This document shows, one piece after another, positions 25,737-28,876 of a stretch of 28,876 nt of DNA. Numbering within the stretch: the stretch's first letter is position 1; the number at the start of each line of letters is the position of its first letter. The position numbers were made by a program, and so were the translations under genes. The DNA is from a virus. Lineage: Duplodnaviria > Caudoviricetes. The notes beneath the pieces were generated by a model. That model worked only from the letters and a program-made list of their open reading frames with translations, did not search any database and was not told the origin of the DNA. The DNA is taken from positions 1-28,876 of IMG/VR virus record IMGVR_UViG_3300020382_000266; one strand, written 5' to 3'.

Positions 25737-25988
25737 TTATATGTTTATAACAAAAAGTCGAGAACCCATAGACTTATCAAGTATACTTTCGCCGTTCTGA
25801 TATGTCGAAAAGGTACCGTCGTCATACTCTCCAGTAACATCTTTGTCATCGATAACACGCTTGATGATCGTACCCTCAACTCGGCCTGAACCTTCGTGAG
25901 TGAAAGTAACTGTACCGACAATATAACTATCACTGTGAGCACCGAAATCTAACGCTTTAATTAAATTACCAACTTGAACTTTTCTCAT
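25737..25988 (-). CDS. Hypothetical small beta-rich protein
   Basis: 83 aa from ATG 25988; single-gene unit between two promoters. Confidence 0.65.
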   Translation of the reverse strand: MRKVQVGNLIKALDFGAHSDSYIVGTVTFTHEGSGRVEGTIIKRVIDDKDVTGEYDDGTFSTYQNGESILDKSMGSRLFVINI

Positions 25989-26022
25989 AATAATCTCTTT
26001 CATTGCTTGATTCATTAATTAT

Positions 26023-26051
26023 ATTATACCATACAATGGGACTATTGTACA
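26023..26051 (-). promoter_or_regulatory. Early-type promoter with upstream near-palindrome (26082-26097)
   Basis: TGTACA (26051-26046)-N17-TATAAT (26028-26023); GTTATAAGCTTATTAC upstream. Confidence 0.88.
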
Positions 26052-26093
26052 ACTTTATTTTAGTTGTTTTTAGATCATTTTGTTATAAGCTTA

Positions 26094-26321
26094 TTACCCT
26101 TTTAACTTCGGTTTAACGTAGTCCTCGGATTTAATAATGATGCCATTGATCGTATATTCTTCGGAAGTCGATTCGCCTTTCTGTGTGCTCATATAGGTTT
26201 TAAACTCTGTCCATTCGTGCTGATCTAAAGTGATAATGTCAATCCGCTTCTTAGCCTTTGCAGCTGCGGTGACCTGATCAGAAATTTCATCCATGATGTG
26301 TTGTTTAAATTTAATTTGCAT
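26094..26321 (-). CDS. Hypothetical protein
   Basis: 75 aa, AAGGA RBS. Confidence 0.65.
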   Translation of the reverse strand: MQIKFKQHIMDEISDQVTAAAKAKKRIDIITLDQHEWTEFKTYMSTQKGESTSEEYTINGIIIKSEDYVKPKLKG

Positions 26322-26348
26322 GTTATATCCTTATGTGACTTGTGGTGG

Positions 26349-26600
26349 TTAAAGAGGTGAGATGTTCAGCAATTCCTCCTTTTTATCGTAATAGCCTTCA
26401 GCGTTTAAGCACTCTTCGACAAAAATCATTTGCTCTTGCTTTGAATGCTCACGCCATGCTACTAGTGCATTCTCAGCGATCTGTGAGATTTCCTGTTGTA
26501 GATCAAAATACCGTTGAGGAGTACACTCTTCGCATCGACCGAACGCGATACCTAAAGGGTGTCCACAGTTTGTACAATCATAATGCGCCATAGTATCCAC
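26349..26600 (-). CDS. Hypothetical zinc-ribbon protein
   Basis: CTNC...CEEC N-terminal Cys pairs. Confidence 0.6.
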   Translation of the reverse strand: MDTMAHYDCTNCGHPLGIAFGRCEECTPQRYFDLQQEISQIAENALVAWREHSKQEQMIFVEECLNAEGYYDKKEELLNISPL

Positions 26601-27192
26601 CTGTTATAACTTCGTAAATGTATTTCCAGTTTGGAACACGAATAGCTCCGCCTTTATAACCGGCGTTAAAGTCGTGTGCAATTAGGAATGTGTTTAGACC
26701 AAAGTTAACTCCAAGGTCTGCGTTCTCAATTTTATCTTCTACCCAAACACACTCAGTGTCGATATAGGGAGTTAAAGCATCAATTTTATCTTCACCAGTA
26801 TCGAGACATATAACTTTCTCAAATGCTGTAGTACCGAACAACTGTTCGAGGTTATAGATGCGTGCCTTTTGAGCAGCAGGATCTAAGGATAAAGAAGTAA
26901 TGCAGTGGAATACAAACCCGCATTCTTCGTGAAGTTTCTTTACGTATTTAACAGCATCATTTAACGGCTTTAAGTACGCAATATCGGCAGAAGCATTATA
27001 TGACCTGACGTATTCCTTCATAGTATCCTTGGCTAAACCATACACGACTTCCATCTCATACGCTTCTTCAGCCATAGGCTCAAGAGAATGAACTCGCTTC
27101 ATCCAACTATGGAAGCCATAACACCAATCAACTAAGACACCGTCACAGTCTGTTAAAATCACTTTACTTTTTAAATCATAATTAAATTTCAT
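26578..27192 (-). CDS. HAD-family phosphatase/nucleotidase (T4 gp30.2-like)
   Basis: ILTDCDGVLVDW motif I, ITSL motif II, K and WVEDK motif IV. Confidence 0.85.
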   Translation of the reverse strand: MKFNYDLKSKVILTDCDGVLVDWCYGFHSWMKRVHSLEPMAEEAYEMEVVYGLAKDTMKEYVRSYNASADIAYLKPLNDAVKYVKKLHEECGFVFHCITSLSLDPAAQKARIYNLEQLFGTTAFEKVICLDTGEDKIDALTPYIDTECVWVEDKIENADLGVNFGLNTFLIAHDFNAGYKGGAIRVPNWKYIYEVITGGYYGAL

Positions 27193-27213
27193 AATGTATA
27201 TATTACCTAAATT

Positions 27214-27435
27214 TTAGTGCACATTAGTAGGTGCAGGTTTAATTGTTTGAATCTCATTCGTAGTGTCTAATATAGACGTCGTGATCTTTTCAAAATCTTC
27301 TGGATTAAGCGCAGACTTGTATATGCGTAGAGCACATGCCATAAGCACTCCTGCACTTAGTAGCGGATTAATATCAGCTGTTATGCGTTCAATATCGGCA
27401 AAGAGAGTTTGAATTTCATTTTCTTCTACATTCAT
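27214..27435 (-). CDS. Hypothetical protein
   Basis: 73 aa, AGGAG RBS. Confidence 0.65.
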   Translation of the reverse strand: MNVEENEIQTLFADIERITADINPLLSAGVLMACALRIYKSALNPEDFEKITTSILDTTNEIQTIKPAPTNVH

Positions 27436-27444
27436 TATATGCTC

Positions 27445-27756
27445 CTAGAAGTTGTAGTCGTAAAATTTACGAGGTTCATCAGCTAAATTAAAACGACGGC
27501 CATACTTGTCCTGCCAGCCTTTGTTTTTTGATAGACGGATGCGGATTGGAGTGTACTCTTCGTTAGAAGAAATAATCCATTTTTGAGAGTATTGATTAGG
27601 GCAATGAGCTGAGAATCCGCCAGGGATGAACTCAGGTTTCCAGTTTGGATCTCTTTCAGAATCCATTGGACGAACTTCGATGGTTTTTTCTGAGATTCTT
27701 TTAGTGATCTCATAAGGTTCTACATCAGTGTAACCGTGGAAATTTGCATAATTCAT
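27445..27756 (-). CDS. Conserved hypothetical phage protein
   Basis: 103 aa; GYTDVEPYE...PGGFSAHC...KFYDYNF; first gene after a promoter. Confidence 0.7.
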   Translation of the reverse strand: MNYANFHGYTDVEPYEITKRISEKTIEVRPMDSERDPNWKPEFIPGGFSAHCPNQYSQKWIISSNEEYTPIRIRLSKNKGWQDKYGRRFNLADEPRKFYDYNF

Positions 27757-27792
27757 AATATATTCTCTAGCGTTGTTTGATTCAATATAAGT

Positions 27793-27821
27793 ATTATATC
27801 ATGCTAGACTAGAAGTGTACA
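27793..27821 (-). promoter_or_regulatory. Early-type promoter
   Basis: TGTACA (27821-27816)-N17-TATAAT (27798-27793), extended -10. Confidence 0.88.
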
Positions 27822-27850
27822 CAACTATTTGTGTTATTTTTAGATCAGTT

Positions 27851-27868
27851 AGTTATAAGCTTATAACT
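27851..27868. repeat. Perfect 18-bp palindrome AGTTATAAGCTTATAACT, operator-like
   Basis: Self-complementary; degenerate copies upstream of three other promoters. Confidence 0.8.
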
Positions 27869-27895
27869 TTTCGGAATAAGCTGCCGCGAAATATT

Positions 27896-28222
27896 TTAGT
27901 TATCGACTGGAGCATTTGCTCTCCATTGGTAACAAGACCAATAATTTGCTTTCCATTTTGGACCTGGATCATCGCAATTGAACCTTGCTCTAAATGATGC
28001 TCTACGTTTAGGATCATCTCTCTTGATTTCCGATCCGGGATCACCAAACCGAACAACCACAACAGTGCCTTTTTCATTCTTCACATAGACTTTAAATTTC
28101 TTGTCTTTAACTTCAGAAGTACGAATAGGGTTATTGAGTGTAACTTCTCTGCCTTGATATTCAGAAGCTTCTGTAACTAATTCGTCACAATTGCAATAGG
28201 AATATTCTGTAAAAGTTTCCAT
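27896..28222 (-). CDS. Conserved basic phage protein (DUF6321-like), possible internal head protein
   Basis: KKFKVYVKN.KG...VRFGDP...RR.SFRARFNCD.PGPK..A.YWSC motif; acidic leader METFTEY...VTEASE. Confidence 0.7.
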   Translation of the reverse strand: METFTEYSYCNCDELVTEASEYQGREVTLNNPIRTSEVKDKKFKVYVKNEKGTVVVVRFGDPGSEIKRDDPKRRASFRARFNCDDPGPKWKANYWSCYQWRANAPVDN

Positions 28223-28534
28223 TTAACTTTCCCTACTTACTATAAGCTCTGCAGCACGTTTTGCGCTGGGTGCATCTGGATATGAAGCATTATATGCTTT
28301 ACGTATTGGATCTGATTTATCAGATATTTTCCATACAATTTTAGCTTCTCCCCTGGTAGCTCCTCTACCGTACGTGTCATTTGGTTGAGCACGATTAATT
28401 TGAAAGCGATCATCCGGAGATACCCACTTAAACCTTTCACTTGAGTATTGCCCACGGCCTCGGCCATAACCATCTGAAACTTTTTTCCATTTGATTTTTT
28501 GAGGTGCTTCTATTAAGTCTTTAAAAGATAACAT
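28223..28534 (-). CDS. Putative internal head protein
   Basis: N-terminus MLSFKDLIEA resembles the T4 capsid-targeting sequence (MKTYQEFIAE), followed by a basic body. Confidence 0.55.
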   Translation of the reverse strand: MLSFKDLIEAPQKIKWKKVSDGYGRGRGQYSSERFKWVSPDDRFQINRAQPNDTYGRGATRGEAKIVWKISDKSDPIRKAYNASYPDAPSAKRAAELIVSRES

Positions 28535-28548
28535 ATCATTCCTAATGC

Positions 28549-28623
28549 TGGTGTCCCATCAAGGAGTCGAACCCTGATCTATGGAGTAGAAATCCACTGC
28601 ACTATCCATTATGCTAATGGGAC
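28549..28623 (-). tRNA. tRNA-Arg (anticodon UCU)
   Basis: GTCCCAT/ATGGGAC acceptor stem, D-arm GCATAATGGATAGTGC, anticodon loop TT-TCT-AC, GGTTCGACTCC T-loop and encoded CCA. Confidence 0.95.
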
Positions 28624-28636
28624 AAATGTTTTAATA

Positions 28637-28876
28637 CTATTTTTTTGTAGATTCAGAAAACAAAAACTGTGACATAGAATCCCATTTTTCAATGATTTTA
28701 TCCATATTCTTACGCATATCAGTAAATTCTTTGGTCATATCATTACCAGATGATTTCATTGACTTAGCTAGGTTACTCTTAGGATCTAAAGTCTTATATA
28801 GCATATCAATTGCTTGTTCAGTTTTAGTATATCCCATAGACTTTGCATATTTCTCGTCTAATGATTCAGTACCTTC
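28637..28876 (-). CDS. Hypothetical protein, 5'-truncated by the window edge
   Basis: The frame stays open upstream of ATG 28837 to the window end (EGTESLDEKYAKS-MGY...). Confidence 0.6.
   Translation of the reverse strand, partial: EGTESLDEKYAKSMGYTKTEQAIDMLYKTLDPKSNLAKSMKSSGNDMTKEFTDMRKNMDKIIEKWDSMSQFLFSESTKK

Noticed and set aside
25674-27882. CRISPR-like array formed by the repeated AT-rich motifs
   Set aside because: Copies are degenerate, hundreds to thousands of bases apart, separated by genes, and coincide with promoters.
27483-28473. Overlapping minus-strand ORFs 27483-27713, 27853-28077 and 28240-28473
   Set aside because: They overlap better-supported ORFs in other frames that have RBSs and conserved-looking motifs.
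28549-28623. Suppressor tRNA or genetic-code reassignment (loop contains CTA)
   Set aside because: Stem pairing GTGGA/TCCAT centres the 7-nt loop on TCT (Arg), and genes tile normally in the standard code with TAG used as a stop.

Overview
A gene-dense segment of a T4-like myovirus genome, probably from an uncultured (likely marine) phage of a proteobacterial host. The left part (minus strand) is the replication module: gp41 helicase, a gp40-slot gene, uvsX and gp43 DNA polymerase. Between uvsX and gp43 lies a DNA-modification region. It holds a close T4 gp42 (dCMP hydroxymethylase) homolog, dCMP deaminase, two all-alpha dNTP pyrophosphatases, a DenB-like cytosine-DNA nuclease and a prim-pol. 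In the slot where T4 keeps beta-glucosyltransferase there are three other enzymes: an SGNH-fold protein, a fold-II PLP enzyme and an aGPT-Pplase/HhH-like protein. The last two belong to families known from thymine (5hmdU) hypermodification. This points to a possibly undescribed non-glucosyl hypermodification of 5-hydroxymethylcytosine, the strongest candidate novelty here. A plus-strand island (16913-23839) follows a T4 late promoter. It encodes two paralogous membrane proteins, CsgF, CsgG, two curlin-like proteins, a FecR-domain protein, a CHASE2 adenylate cyclase and two peptides missed by the ORF track, and it contains an internal antisense early promoter. The rest is small early ORFs, a YfhL ferredoxin, a pyrimidine-dimer glycosylase-family protein, DNA ligase, a gp30.2-like HAD enzyme, probable internal head proteins and tRNA-Arg(UCU). 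Eleven copies of a TGTACA-N17-TATAAT promoter occur, four with a helically phased upstream palindrome. All family calls come from motif recognition and remembered reference sequences, not database searches.
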